Positions 39,950 through 49,319 of a DNA stretch of 64,000 bases are shown one piece after another. The notes under the pieces are model-generated. The model was given only the letters and a program-made list of their open reading frames with translations, made no database searches and had not been told where the DNA came from. A program made the translations under genes and the position numbers. This DNA is from Candidatus Limnocylindria bacterium (GTDB lineage: Bacteria; Desulfobacterota; Binatia; DP-6), in NCBI GenBank assembly GCA_035559675.1, contig DATMAZ010000220.1:11024-75023 (forward strand), given 5' to 3'. How positions within the stretch are numbered: the stretch's first letter is position 1; every line of letters starts with the position of its first letter.

Positions 39950-40906
39950 TCAGCCGGAGAAAACGTCCGCGGGCAGGCGCACGGTCGCACGTCCGCTGAG
40001 CGCGGCGGGATCGAACTCGCGCACGAGATCGCGCGCGGCGATCGGCGCCGGTGCCGGGCGAAGCCCGAGCGTGTACGCGAGCACGCCGACCACCGCTTCC
40101 GGCGGCCGGCCGGCACGGCGCCACGCCCCCAGCGTCGTGCCGCCGGCTCGCTTGGCGAGCCGTGTGCCGTCACTCGACACGACGAGCGGCAGGTGCGCGA
40201 ACGCGGGCGGCGTGCCGCCGAGCGCCCGCGCCAGCAGCACCTGCCGCGGCGCGGAGGCAAGCAGGTCGTGGCCGCGGACCACCTCGGTGATCCCCATCGC
40301 GAGATCGTCGACCACGCAGGCGAGCTGATAGCTCCAGACGCCGTCGCCGCGGCGGAGCACCACGTCGCCGACGGTCGCTGCCGGGTCCTGCACGAACGCG
40401 CCTTGCCAGGCGTCGTAAACGGTCACCGGCCCCGGCGGCAGCACGACCCGGACGGCCGGCGCGCGCCGCCAGGGCCGCTCCTGCATGCCGAAGCGCCGGC
40501 AGGTGCCCGGATAGCGGGGGCCGTCCTCGCCGGCGTGCGGTGCGCTCGCCACCCGCGCGATCTCGCTGCGCGAGCAGTCGCAGCGGAAGAGCAGCCCGCG
40601 CGCCTCGAGCAGCTCCAGCGCCGCGACGTAGCGCTCGCTCCGCTTGGACTGCCGGTAGGGTGCGTGGGGCCCGCCCACATCCGGGCCCTCGTCCCAGTCG
40701 AGGCCGAGCCAGCGCAGCTCGTCGAGCTGGCGCGCCTCCGCGCCGGGCACCACGCGCGGGCGGTCGATGTCCTCGACGCGCACGACGAAGGTGCCGCCGG
40801 CCGCCCGCGCTCGGAGCCAGGCCACGAGCGCGGCGGCCGCGGAGCCGAGGTGCAGGTCGCCGGTGGGCGAGGGGGCGAACCGCCCGCGATAGGCCGCCCC
40901 GATCAC
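39950..40906 (-). CDS. gluQ: tRNA glutamyl-Q(34) synthetase (GluQRS/YadB)
   Basis: GRFAPSPTGDLHLGS (HIGH motif) and four-Cys zinc site CDCSR...C. GTG start overlaps the qor stop as GTGA. It is the C-terminal 318 aa of ORF 39950..41698. Confidence 0.8.
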   Translation of the reverse strand: MIGAAYRGRFAPSPTGDLHLGSAAAALVAWLRARAAGGTFVVRVEDIDRPRVVPGAEARQLDELRWLGLDWDEGPDVGGPHAPYRQSKRSERYVAALELLEARGLLFRCDCSRSEIARVASAPHAGEDGPRYPGTCRRFGMQERPWRRAPAVRVVLPPGPVTVYDAWQGAFVQDPAATVGDVVLRRGDGVWSYQLACVVDDLAMGITEVVRGHDLLASAPRQVLLARALGGTPPAFAHLPLVVSSDGTRLAKRAGGTTLGAWRRAGRPPEAVVGVLAYTLGLRPAPAPIAARDLVREFDPAALSGRATVRLPADVFSG

Positions 40907-41889
40907 GCCACGCGGAGCACGATCTTGCCGAAGTGGTCGCTGCGCTTCATCAGGCGGTGTGCCTCGGCCGCCTCGGCCAGCGGCAGCACGGTGTGGACGA
41001 CGGGCCTGAGCCGCCCCGCCTCGAGCGCGTCGCCGAAGCGCGCGAGGAAGCCACGGACGATGGCGGCCTTCTCCGCCGTCGGCCGGGTGCGGAGCGTGGA
41101 GCCGATCACGGAGAGCCGGCGGGTAAGCAGCAGCCCGAGGTTGATCTCGCTCTTGGCGCCGCCCATGAGACCGATCTCGACCAGGCGCCCGCCAGTGGCG
41201 AGCACGTCGAGGTTCCGCGCGAGATACGATGCGCCGATGTGGTCGAGGATGACGTCCACGCCGCGTCCGCCGGTGAGTTCCCGGATTTGCGCCACGAAGT
41301 CCTCGGAGCGGTAGTCGATGGCGGCGGTCGCCCCGAGGGCGACGCACCGCTCGGCCTTCTCCGCGCTGCCGACCGTCACGTAGCAGGCGTGCCCGGCTTC
41401 GCGCAGCAGCGTGATGGCCGCCGTGCCGACCCCGCCGCCGCCGCCGTGCACCAGCACGGAGTCGCCGGGCGCCAGCGCGCCGAGCCCCGGCATGAACAGG
41501 TTCGAGTAGGCGGTGAGAAAGACCTCGGGGAAGGCGCCGGCTTCCTCGTCGCTCATGCCGGCAGGCACGGGGAGCACCGAGCCCGCGTCGACCGCGACCT
41601 CCTCGGCGTAGCCGCCGCCCGCCAGAAGCGCCATGACGCGCTGGCCGACCCGAACGCCTGCCACCGCCGGTCCGACCTCGATCACCTCGCCCGCGCACTC
41701 GAGCCCGAGGATGTCGGAGGCGCCCGGCGGCGGGGGATAAAGTCCCATGCGCTGCAGCAGGTCGGCCCGGTTCACCGCCGTCGCGCGCACGCGGATCCGC
41801 ACGTCAGATGGGCCGAGCGGCGGTGCCGGCGCCTCGCCGTAGGCGAGGCGGTCTTCGTCGCCGGGTGCCGTCACCAGGATGGCGCGCAT
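40903..41889 (-). CDS. qor: NAD(P)H:quinone oxidoreductase (zeta-crystallin/PIG3-type MDR)
   Basis: DVRIRVRATAVNRADL...GLECAGEV...VHGGGGGVGTAA show the MDR fold without zinc ligands. Confidence 0.85.
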   Translation of the reverse strand: MRAILVTAPGDEDRLAYGEAPAPPLGPSDVRIRVRATAVNRADLLQRMGLYPPPPGASDILGLECAGEVIEVGPAVAGVRVGQRVMALLAGGGYAEEVAVDAGSVLPVPAGMSDEEAGAFPEVFLTAYSNLFMPGLGALAPGDSVLVHGGGGGVGTAAITLLREAGHACYVTVGSAEKAERCVALGATAAIDYRSEDFVAQIRELTGGRGVDVILDHIGASYLARNLDVLATGGRLVEIGLMGGAKSEINLGLLLTRRLSVIGSTLRTRPTAEKAAIVRGFLARFGDALEAGRLRPVVHTVLPLAEAAEAHRLMKRSDHFGKIVLRVA

Positions 41890-41941
41890 GGTCGTTCGCT
41901 GTCATGGCGGGCGATAGCAGTCAACGCTATGATCCCGGGTC

Positions 41942-42838
41942 ATGACGACGGCGCTTGTTGTGCTGGCCGGGCTCGCGGCCGTTGCCGCCGGCGTGTGGCT
42001 CGGCCGGCGGCTCACGGAGGTGGAGCGGCAGCTCCCGGAGATCCGTCGTATTCGCCGGGAGCTCGGCGAGCTGCGCGAGGAGCTCGAGCGCGCGCTGGCG
42101 GTCACCCGCGACCACTTGGCGCGCACGATCGCCGGCGAGCCGCCGGAGCCCGACGTCGCACGCCGCGGGCAGGCGTGGACGGATCTCCAGGCGGCCCCGG
42201 CGCTGGTGCTCTACGAGCGCAACCCCGACCTGTTCGTCCTCGACGTGCGCACGGAGGCCGAGTTCGCCCGCGGTCACATCCCGCGCGCCACGCTCATCCC
42301 GGTCGACGAGCTTGAGGACCGGCTCCGCGAGCTGCCGGCACGGGACGTGCCGATGCTGGTCACGTGCGCGGCGGGCGGCCGCAGCCAGGCGGCCTGCCAG
42401 ACGCTGGCGCGACACGGCTATACCCGGCTCTACAACCTGGTGGGCGGCATGCATGCCTGGGCCGGCCCGCGCGTCGAGGCCGAGCCCGAAGCGCCGCCGC
42501 CCGGCATGCTGGAGGGCACGAGGATCACGCATCGAGGGGGCCCGATCTCGGCCGAGCAGGTCGTGGCGGCGCTCCGCGAGTGCTACGATCCCGAGATCCC
42601 GCTCAACATCTTCGACCTCGGGCTTGTCTACGACATCGACATCCAGGACGCTGGCATCGCCATTACCATGACGCTCACTTCCGAGAGCTGCCCCTCGGCG
42701 CGGACCATCCCCGAGGACGTCCGCCGGCGCGTGAGCGCGCTCGGCCAGCCCAACGTCACCGTCGACGTCGTCTTCGCCCCCCCGTGGCACCCCGCCCGCA
42801 TCAGCCCCGACGGCAAGCAACGCCTCGGTCTCGCGTAG
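41942..42838 (+). CDS. Membrane-anchored rhodanese-domain sulfurtransferase fused to a DUF59/MIP18 (SufT-like) Fe-S assembly domain
   Basis: N-terminal TM helix and coiled-coil. Rhodanese active-site loop VTCAAGGRSQ, then DUF59 (VVAALRECYDPEIPLNIFDLGLVYDIDI...ITMTLTSESCP). Confidence 0.7.
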   Translation: MTTALVVLAGLAAVAAGVWLGRRLTEVERQLPEIRRIRRELGELREELERALAVTRDHLARTIAGEPPEPDVARRGQAWTDLQAAPALVLYERNPDLFVLDVRTEAEFARGHIPRATLIPVDELEDRLRELPARDVPMLVTCAAGGRSQAACQTLARHGYTRLYNLVGGMHAWAGPRVEAEPEAPPPGMLEGTRITHRGGPISAEQVVAALRECYDPEIPLNIFDLGLVYDIDIQDAGIAITMTLTSESCPSARTIPEDVRRRVSALGQPNVTVDVVFAPPWHPARISPDGKQRLGLA

Positions 42839-42932
42839 ACTGGACGGAAACGCCGCCCCCGCATGCCGAGACGGTCCAGCGATCGCTGCCGCGGGTTGGC
42901 GCGGCAGACGTGCTGTGTTACGTTGCGCGGCC

Positions 42933-43151
42933 TTGGCTCGCGACGATCTCATCCAGATAAAAGGCACCATCGTCGAGGCGCTCGCCGGCGGGAACTACCG
43001 CGTGAAGGGCGACAACGGCATGGAGTTTCTCGCCAAGATCGGCGGACGCATGCGGCGCTATCACATCCGGGTGATTCCCGGCGATCGCGTCACGATCGCC
43101 GTGTCGCCCTACGACCCGACGCACGGTCTGATCGTTTTCCGAGGCGGCTGA
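42933..43151 (+). CDS. infA: Translation initiation factor IF-1
   Basis: S1-like fold matching IF-1 (GRMRRYHIRVIPGDRVTIAVSPYD...IVFR). With TTG at 42933 the product is the canonical 72 aa (M-ARDDLIQIKG...). The ORF track starts at an upstream GTG at 42915. Confidence 0.8.
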   Translation: MARDDLIQIKGTIVEALAGGNYRVKGDNGMEFLAKIGGRMRRYHIRVIPGDRVTIAVSPYDPTHGLIVFRGG

Positions 43152-43169
43152 GCTGGCCCCGCTCGGGCG

Positions 43170-45254
43170 CTACGCGTGGGCGCGGGTCGGCTTGGCGGCG
43201 GACGTCGCGCGGGCCGTCCGGGCCTGGAGCCCGGCGAGGCAGCTGCGGAGCGCATCGAGGCCGAACGGCTTCTGCAGGAAGTGCAGCGAGGTGTGCTGCG
43301 CCAGCCGGCGGCTCAGATCCTGGGTGGCGTAGCCGCTCATGACGACGATGGGCAGCAACGGCCAGCGCTGACGGACGGTGGCGGCCAGGTCCTCGCCGCT
43401 CATGCCGGGCATCGCCATGTCGAGCAGCACGACGTGCAGGGCGGCCGCGTTGGCGTCCAGGATCGCGAGCGCCGCCTCCCCGTCGCTCGCCGGCACCACC
43501 TCGCAGCCGAGCCGGCGCAGCATGTGGGCGGTCGTGAGCCGCACACCCTCGTCGTCGTCGACCAGCAGCGCGCGCAGCGGGCGCTCGAGCACCGGGCCGG
43601 GGGCGGGGCGGGTGGGGGCGCGCGCCGGCTCGTCGCTGCCGGCCGGGAAGCTCACTGTGAACTCGGTCCCCACCCGCGGCGTGCTGCGCACCGTGATGGT
43701 GCCGCGGTGGGCGTCGACCAGCTTGCGCACGATCGCGAGCCCGATGCCGCGCCCGCGCGCCTTGGTGGTGAACGCCGGCTCGAAGATGCGCGCCTGCATG
43801 GCCGGGGTCATACCGACGCCGGTGTCGCTCACCGTGAGCTGAAGCCAACCGGCGCAGCCATTGGCGCCTCGGCCGACGCGCACCTGTACGCGGCCTGGAC
43901 GGTCGCCGACGGCTTCGCCCGCGTTCAAGAGGAGGTTCATCACGATCTGCCGCAGCTGCGTCGGGTTGCCGCGCATCGGCGGCAGGCCCGGCTCGACGTC
44001 GAATTCGACGCGGACGTTTGGCGGGATCGCGGGGCCGAGGAGCGCGGCCGTCTCGTGCGCGAGCGCACCGAGGTCGACCGGCTCGTCGCTGCTGCGCCGC
44101 GAGTCCGCCGCGTCGAGCATGTCGCGCGCCAGGTCGGCCGCGCGCTGGGCCGTCGCCTGGATCGCTTCGAGGCGCACCCGCAGTGCCTCGGGTGTGGAAA
44201 GCTCATGGAGCGCGAGGTCGCTGTGGGCGAGAATGCCTGTCAGCAGGTTATTGAAGTCGTGCGCCACCTCGCCGGGGAGCAGCGTGCGCTCGGTCGGCGG
44301 CCGCCGGGCGGCGCGCAGCCGCTCGATCTCTTTGGCCGCCAGCGACGCCAGCACGTGCAAGAGCGGGAAGGACCGCAGGCCCTCGTGCAGCGGGCGGTTG
44401 TGCAGCACGCCTACGTGCCCGATGGGCTGCCCGTGGCGATCGTGCAGCGCCACGCCCAGGTACGCCTGCGCGCCGGTGCGCTGTACGTGGGCGTCCCGCG
44501 GGTAGAGCCGCTGCAGGTCGCGCGTGTGGAGCACCACGTCGCGCTCGTAGACGAGCGCGCATGGCGTGTCGGCGAGCGCGTACTCGACGTTGGGGGCGAG
44601 CCCGTCGCGTTCCCAGATCGCCAGCGTGCGGGCATGGCGCGGCGGGTCGTCGAGCAGCTCGGAGACGAAGGCGGTGTGCACGTCGAGGGCGCGCGCGAGC
44701 TGTTCGACGAGGCGCAACAGCGCGTCGTTCGAGCGCGCGGCCGCGGCCGTTTCCGTCAGCAGGCGCTGCTCCCGCTGCACCCGCCGGAGCTCGAGGTCGC
44801 CGCTGGCGCGGGCGCGCACCCCGAGCAGCATGCGGCGGACGTGCTCCGGGTGGCGGAACGGCCTGGTGTCGAGCACGCCCAGCAGGCCGAGCGGACGCCC
44901 GTCGTCGTCGCTCAGCCGCAGACACGCGATGCTCTCGATGCCGAGCGCCTCGTAGATCGGGACGCCGGGAAAGCGCGTGCGCGCATGCTCCGGGCACCAG
45001 TGGAAGCCGTCGGCGTCCGGCGGCTCGGCGGCTGGAGTGCCGTCGAGCTCGTACACGTACGGCGTGTGGTCGATCGCGTGCGTGTCCTCGCTGGTGGCGA
45101 GCACGTGCAGCCGCGTTGCGTCGTCGCCGGTGAACTCACCGATGAACGCGTAGCGGACATCGAGGGCTTCACGCAGCCGCGTGACCAGCCAGTGGAAGAA
45201 CGGCGTGCCGGGCGCGCACCGCAACCCGTCGACGAGCGCGTCGGGATGGGTCAT
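43170..45254 (-). CDS. Hybrid sensor histidine kinase/response regulator with tandem GAF domains
   Basis: Two GAF-like regions, HisKA (VAHDFNNLL), HATPase_c (NLLLNAGEA, DTGVGM, GRGIGL), and a C-terminal REC domain (LLVDDDEGV...D...LDMAMPGMSG...K). Confidence 0.85.
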   Translation of the reverse strand: MTHPDALVDGLRCAPGTPFFHWLVTRLREALDVRYAFIGEFTGDDATRLHVLATSEDTHAIDHTPYVYELDGTPAAEPPDADGFHWCPEHARTRFPGVPIYEALGIESIACLRLSDDDGRPLGLLGVLDTRPFRHPEHVRRMLLGVRARASGDLELRRVQREQRLLTETAAAARSNDALLRLVEQLARALDVHTAFVSELLDDPPRHARTLAIWERDGLAPNVEYALADTPCALVYERDVVLHTRDLQRLYPRDAHVQRTGAQAYLGVALHDRHGQPIGHVGVLHNRPLHEGLRSFPLLHVLASLAAKEIERLRAARRPPTERTLLPGEVAHDFNNLLTGILAHSDLALHELSTPEALRVRLEAIQATAQRAADLARDMLDAADSRRSSDEPVDLGALAHETAALLGPAIPPNVRVEFDVEPGLPPMRGNPTQLRQIVMNLLLNAGEAVGDRPGRVQVRVGRGANGCAGWLQLTVSDTGVGMTPAMQARIFEPAFTTKARGRGIGLAIVRKLVDAHRGTITVRSTPRVGTEFTVSFPAGSDEPARAPTRPAPGPVLERPLRALLVDDDEGVRLTTAHMLRRLGCEVVPASDGEAALAILDANAAALHVVLLDMAMPGMSGEDLAATVRQRWPLLPIVVMSGYATQDLSRRLAQHTSLHFLQKPFGLDALRSCLAGLQARTARATSAAKPTRAHA

Positions 45255-45384
45255 GGGGGGCCTGCTACGTAGCGCTTCCCGCGTCGCAGCGTCAACGGGT
45301 CGATAGGGCGACTGCCCGCGGGTCGACGTTCGGGGTGCAGCGATCGCCGCGCGGGCGACTATCGCAGGTGCGCTGCCGAGCGGC

Positions 45385-47394
45385 TCACGCGTCGGGGATG
45401 GCGCGCGCGGCCTCGAGCCAGGCGGCGGCGGACGCGTCGGCGGGCATGCGCCAGTCGCCGCGCGGCGAGAGCGAGCCGCCCGAGCCGACCTTCGGGGAGT
45501 CCGGCACGCAGTCTCGCTTGAACTGGCTGGCGAAGAAGCGCTCGAGGAAGACGATCAGCCAGCGCTTGATCGTGGCGAGGTCGTAGCGGGGCGCAAACGC
45601 GGCCAGCGCCAGCCGCGCCAGCCGCTCGGGGCGGAGGCCGAACCGCACGAAATGATAGAGGAAGAAGTCGTGCAGCTCGTAGGGCCCGACGACCTCCTCG
45701 GAGCGCTGCACGATGGCCCCGTCGGCGGCGGGGCGGAGCAGCTCCGGGCTGATCGGTAGCGCCAGCACCTCCCGCAGCGTGCGCGCGACCTCGGGCTCCC
45801 CGGCGAACACCCGCTCGCCCGCCCAGGCGATCAGCGCCGAGATGAGCGTCTTCGGCACTCCGGCGTTCACCCCGTAGTGGGACATGTGGTCGCCGCCGTA
45901 GGTGGCGAACCCGAGCGCCAGCTCCGAGAGGTCGCTGGTGCCGAGATCGATGGCTCCGGCCTGGCCGGCCGCGGCGAACAGCAGGAGCTTGCGGCTCCAG
46001 GCCTGCACGTTCTCGAAGGTGAGGTCCTCGACCTGGGGGTCGTGCCCCAGGGCGGCGAAGGCCTCCTGCGCCATCCGGCGAATGTCGGTTTCCCGGAGCG
46101 TGGCGCCGAGCGCGCGCACGAGCCGGCACGCGATCTGATAGGTGCGATCCGACGTCCCGAAGCCGGGCATGGTGAGACCGATCACGCCGGTGCGCGGCAG
46201 CCCGAGCAGATCCATGGCGTGCACGGCCACGAGGAGCGCGTGCGTGGAGTCGCGGCCGCCGGACACCCCGAGCACTACCTGTCTGCGCCCTTCCGGCAGC
46301 GCGATCAGCCGGCGGGCGAGCGAGGTGGCCTGGATGAGGAACAGCTCGCGGCAGCGCCGGTCGAGCTCGGCGGGGTCGGTGGGCACGAACGGCGTGGGCG
46401 TCACCCGGCGCTCGAGCGACGTCCAGGTGGACACGGGCCGGCGCTCGGCCTCCGCCGGCGCCTCCACGCGCCGCACGGCCGGCGCGCAGTCGGCGGCATT
46501 GGCGGCGAACGACGTCTGGCGCGCCCGGTCGCTGGCGAGCGCGGCCAGGTCGACGTCGGCGACCACGTGGCTGCCGCCCGTGGTGAAGCGCTCGGTCTCG
46601 ACCAGCACCTCGCCGCGATCGGCGATGAGTCCGTGCCCGTCCCACGCGAGGTCGGCGGTCGACTCGCCGAATCCGGCGGCGGTGTAGAGCTGCACGGCGA
46701 GGTTCTTCGCGGACGACATGCGCACGAGGTCGCGCCGGTACTCGAACTTGCCGACGGTCACGTTGGACGCCGAGAGGTTGGCGAGCACGGTGGCGCCCGC
46801 AAGCGCGGCGAGCGTGCTCGGCGGCACGGGCACCCAGATGTCCTCGCAGATCTCCGTGTGCAGCACGAAGCCCGGCAGCTCGGGCAGCGCGATCAGCAGA
46901 TCGGTGCCGAACGGCACCTCCTCGCCGAGCAGCGTGATCGTCTCGGCGTCGGCATGGCGAGCCGGCTGGAACCAGCGCAGCTCGTAGAATTCGCGGTAGT
47001 TCGCCGGATAGGCCTTGGGTGCGACGGCCAGCGGACGGCCGTTGGCGAGCGTCACGGCGCAGTTGTAGAGCCCGCCGCCGACGCGCAGCGGGAGCCCGAC
47101 GGAGAACACGAAGCTCCAGGTGCGGGTGGCGTCGGCCAGCGCCGCCAGCGCCGCCAGCGCGCCGTCGAGCAGGCGATCCTGGAAGAAGAGGTCGCCGCAG
47201 GTGTAGCTCGAAAGCCCGAGCTCGGGGCAGAGCGCGTAGTGCGCGCCGCGCTCGTAGGCGCCGCGCAGCTCGGCGAGGTGTGCCTCGGCGTTGAAGGCCG
47301 GGTCGGCCACCCGGACGGCCGGCACGCACACGGCCACCCGGGCGAAGCCGTGCCGGCGCACGTCGAGGAACGCTTCGGTCACGCCTCGCATCAT
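45385..47394 (-). CDS. nadE: Glutamine-dependent NAD+ synthetase (large NadE, nitrilase plus synthetase domains)
   Basis: N-terminal CN-hydrolase domain (VAVCVPAVRVADPAFN..CPELGLSSYTCGDLF). C-terminal PP-loop SGGRDST. Confidence 0.88.
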   Translation of the reverse strand: MMRGVTEAFLDVRRHGFARVAVCVPAVRVADPAFNAEAHLAELRGAYERGAHYALCPELGLSSYTCGDLFFQDRLLDGALAALAALADATRTWSFVFSVGLPLRVGGGLYNCAVTLANGRPLAVAPKAYPANYREFYELRWFQPARHADAETITLLGEEVPFGTDLLIALPELPGFVLHTEICEDIWVPVPPSTLAALAGATVLANLSASNVTVGKFEYRRDLVRMSSAKNLAVQLYTAAGFGESTADLAWDGHGLIADRGEVLVETERFTTGGSHVVADVDLAALASDRARQTSFAANAADCAPAVRRVEAPAEAERRPVSTWTSLERRVTPTPFVPTDPAELDRRCRELFLIQATSLARRLIALPEGRRQVVLGVSGGRDSTHALLVAVHAMDLLGLPRTGVIGLTMPGFGTSDRTYQIACRLVRALGATLRETDIRRMAQEAFAALGHDPQVEDLTFENVQAWSRKLLLFAAAGQAGAIDLGTSDLSELALGFATYGGDHMSHYGVNAGVPKTLISALIAWAGERVFAGEPEVARTLREVLALPISPELLRPAADGAIVQRSEEVVGPYELHDFFLYHFVRFGLRPERLARLALAAFAPRYDLATIKRWLIVFLERFFASQFKRDCVPDSPKVGSGGSLSPRGDWRMPADASAAAWLEAARAIPDA

Positions 47395-47482
47395 AACGCG
47401 CCGAATCGGCTGCGCCCAGCAGGGCGCGTTTCCCCCCGGCGGCGCCCCAGTCGCCGGGGCGACAAAGTTGCTTGCTAGCTGC

Positions 47483-49309
47483 TCAGCCGGGCGGGGTGCC
47501 GACGATCCCGTGGGCGATCTTGAGCGACACGGCGATCAGCGTGAGCGTCGGGTTCCAGCCGCCGCCGGTGGGAAACGTGCTGCTGTCGCAGCAATAGAGG
47601 TTGTCGACGTCGTGGAAGCGGCCGTCCGGGCGCGTCACCGAGGTCGACGGATCGGTGCCCATCCGCAGCGTGCCCTTCTGATGACGGGAGGTGGGCGGCC
47701 CACCGAGCAGCGAGTCGCAGGGCGTGAGAAAGACCCGGTCGGTGCCGGCGTTGGCCACCACCTCGCGCATCACCGGCACGTAGAACCGGCGGGCCTCCAG
47801 CTCGAAGGTGTGGCTCTTGTAGGTGATGCGCGGCACCGGAAGCCCGAAGACGTCGCGGACGGTCGGGTCGAGCGTCACGTTGTTCGAGCGCACGGGCGCG
47901 TCCTCGCCCTGCATCAAAAGACCGAACAGATGCTGGCCGAGCGGCAGCTCCCGGAGCGCGGTCTTCAAGTTGGGGCCGAGCCCCGCCACCGGCAGCTCCT
48001 CGGTGTAGACCGCGCCGTCCTCGGTGATGAGGTTGCCCTGCGAGCCGACGAACTCGCACACGCCGCCCATGTAGGCGCGCGCCCCGAGCGGCGTCTCGAC
48101 TACGCGGATCTCGGCTCCGCCGGGCTCGACGCCGCGGAAGTCGGCGAGCCCGCTGGTCACCGCCTGGCCGCGCTGGCCGTGCACGCGGCGGGGAAAGAAC
48201 CCGTTCACGTTGGTCTGGAAGTGGAACATCAGGTTCTGGCCGAGCTGGCCGCTCGAGTTGCCGAGCGCCTCGCCGCTCGGCGTCTCCGAGAGGAGACAGA
48301 TGCGCGGCGACTCGATGGCGGCGGCCGCGAGCACGTAGGCATCGGCCACCGCGGTGCGCTTGGCGCCCGTGCCGTCGATGTATTCGACCGCGCTCACGTG
48401 GCCCCCGTCGTTCAGGAGCCGCGTCACCTGACAGTTGTAGCGGAGCTGGCAGCGGCCGGTGAGCAGCGCGCGGCGCAGCGTGGTCACCGCCGAGGACCCC
48501 TTGGCGTGCGTCGGGCAGCCGTAGCCGCTGCACGGTCCGCACTGGTTGCACGGCGGCCGCTGCAGCGCCGGCTCCGAGGGATAGAAACGCGAGTTGATGC
48601 AGGACGGATACTTGTGGGGGAAGAGCGGCCCGCCGAGAAAGGTCGTCTTGCTCGCGCCCTCGCGCAAGAGCAGCGCCAGGTACATGTCGGGGTGCGGCGG
48701 CATCGGGTACGGGTTGGAGCGGGGCGGCGCGAACGGGTTGGAATCGTCGCCCGCCACCCCCATCAGCCGCTCCGCCTCGTCGTAGAACGGCTCGAGGTCG
48801 CCGTATCGGAACGGCCAATCGGCCCAGTTGGCGCTGGCGGCGTCGCCGAAGAACCCAGGCACCTCGAGCGACGGGAAGCGGTCCTTCGCGCGCTGCATGG
48901 CGGAGACCATCTCGAAGTCGACGCCCGTGAAGCGGGGCACCTTCATGTCGGCGTGCGACCAGGCGCCGCCCACGCACTTCGGGAGTACGTTCACGTCGTC
49001 GTGGATGGTTGCCGTCTCCGCCTCGCTGGTGCGAAACGTGCGGGGCTCGAGCGCGGCGAAGGGGGTGATGAAGCCGCGCACGCCGTACTTGAGCTCGTCG
49101 TTGCTGTGACGCCCGGGGCGCAGCGGACCCGGGCGGTCGAGCCCCGGGAACGGATTCGGCCCCGCCTCGAGCACGAGCACGTTCTTGCCCGCGGCCGTGA
49201 GCACGTGGGCGGCGGCGCCGCCGCCAGCGCCACTGCCGATGATGCAGAAGTCGAAGGTCGTCAGCCTGCGCTCGCCCAGCACGTCGTCGTCGGATCGCTT
49301 CTTCGCCAC
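47483..49309 (-). CDS. GMC-family FAD-dependent oxidoreductase (gluconate 2-dehydrogenase flavoprotein-like)
   Basis: FDFCIIGSGAGGGAAA FAD motif and a C-terminal GMC_oxred_C (TLRMGTDP...DNLYCCDSSTFPT). Confidence 0.8.
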   Translation of the reverse strand: MAKKRSDDDVLGERRLTTFDFCIIGSGAGGGAAAHVLTAAGKNVLVLEAGPNPFPGLDRPGPLRPGRHSNDELKYGVRGFITPFAALEPRTFRTSEAETATIHDDVNVLPKCVGGAWSHADMKVPRFTGVDFEMVSAMQRAKDRFPSLEVPGFFGDAASANWADWPFRYGDLEPFYDEAERLMGVAGDDSNPFAPPRSNPYPMPPHPDMYLALLLREGASKTTFLGGPLFPHKYPSCINSRFYPSEPALQRPPCNQCGPCSGYGCPTHAKGSSAVTTLRRALLTGRCQLRYNCQVTRLLNDGGHVSAVEYIDGTGAKRTAVADAYVLAAAAIESPRICLLSETPSGEALGNSSGQLGQNLMFHFQTNVNGFFPRRVHGQRGQAVTSGLADFRGVEPGGAEIRVVETPLGARAYMGGVCEFVGSQGNLITEDGAVYTEELPVAGLGPNLKTALRELPLGQHLFGLLMQGEDAPVRSNNVTLDPTVRDVFGLPVPRITYKSHTFELEARRFYVPVMREVVANAGTDRVFLTPCDSLLGGPPTSRHQKGTLRMGTDPSTSVTRPDGRFHDVDNLYCCDSSTFPTGGGWNPTLTLIAVSLKIAHGIVGTPPG

Positions 49310-49319
49310 GGCGTGCTCC

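Noticed and set aside
36998-41314. 1438 aa ORF on the plus strand, and similar long ORFs at 19180..22254, 27765..31274, 43176..45272, 25983..27788, 32239..34548 (5' part), 51214..52533 and 62440..63903
   Set aside because: They are antisense or alternative frames of clearly homologous genes (CpaF, AGCS, GluQRS, Qor, HK, ClpA, the GH31/amidohydrolase string, the hybrid HK, the membrane protein and the acyl-CoA synthetase). Their composition is Arg/Ala/Gly/Pro-biased and they show no domain motifs.
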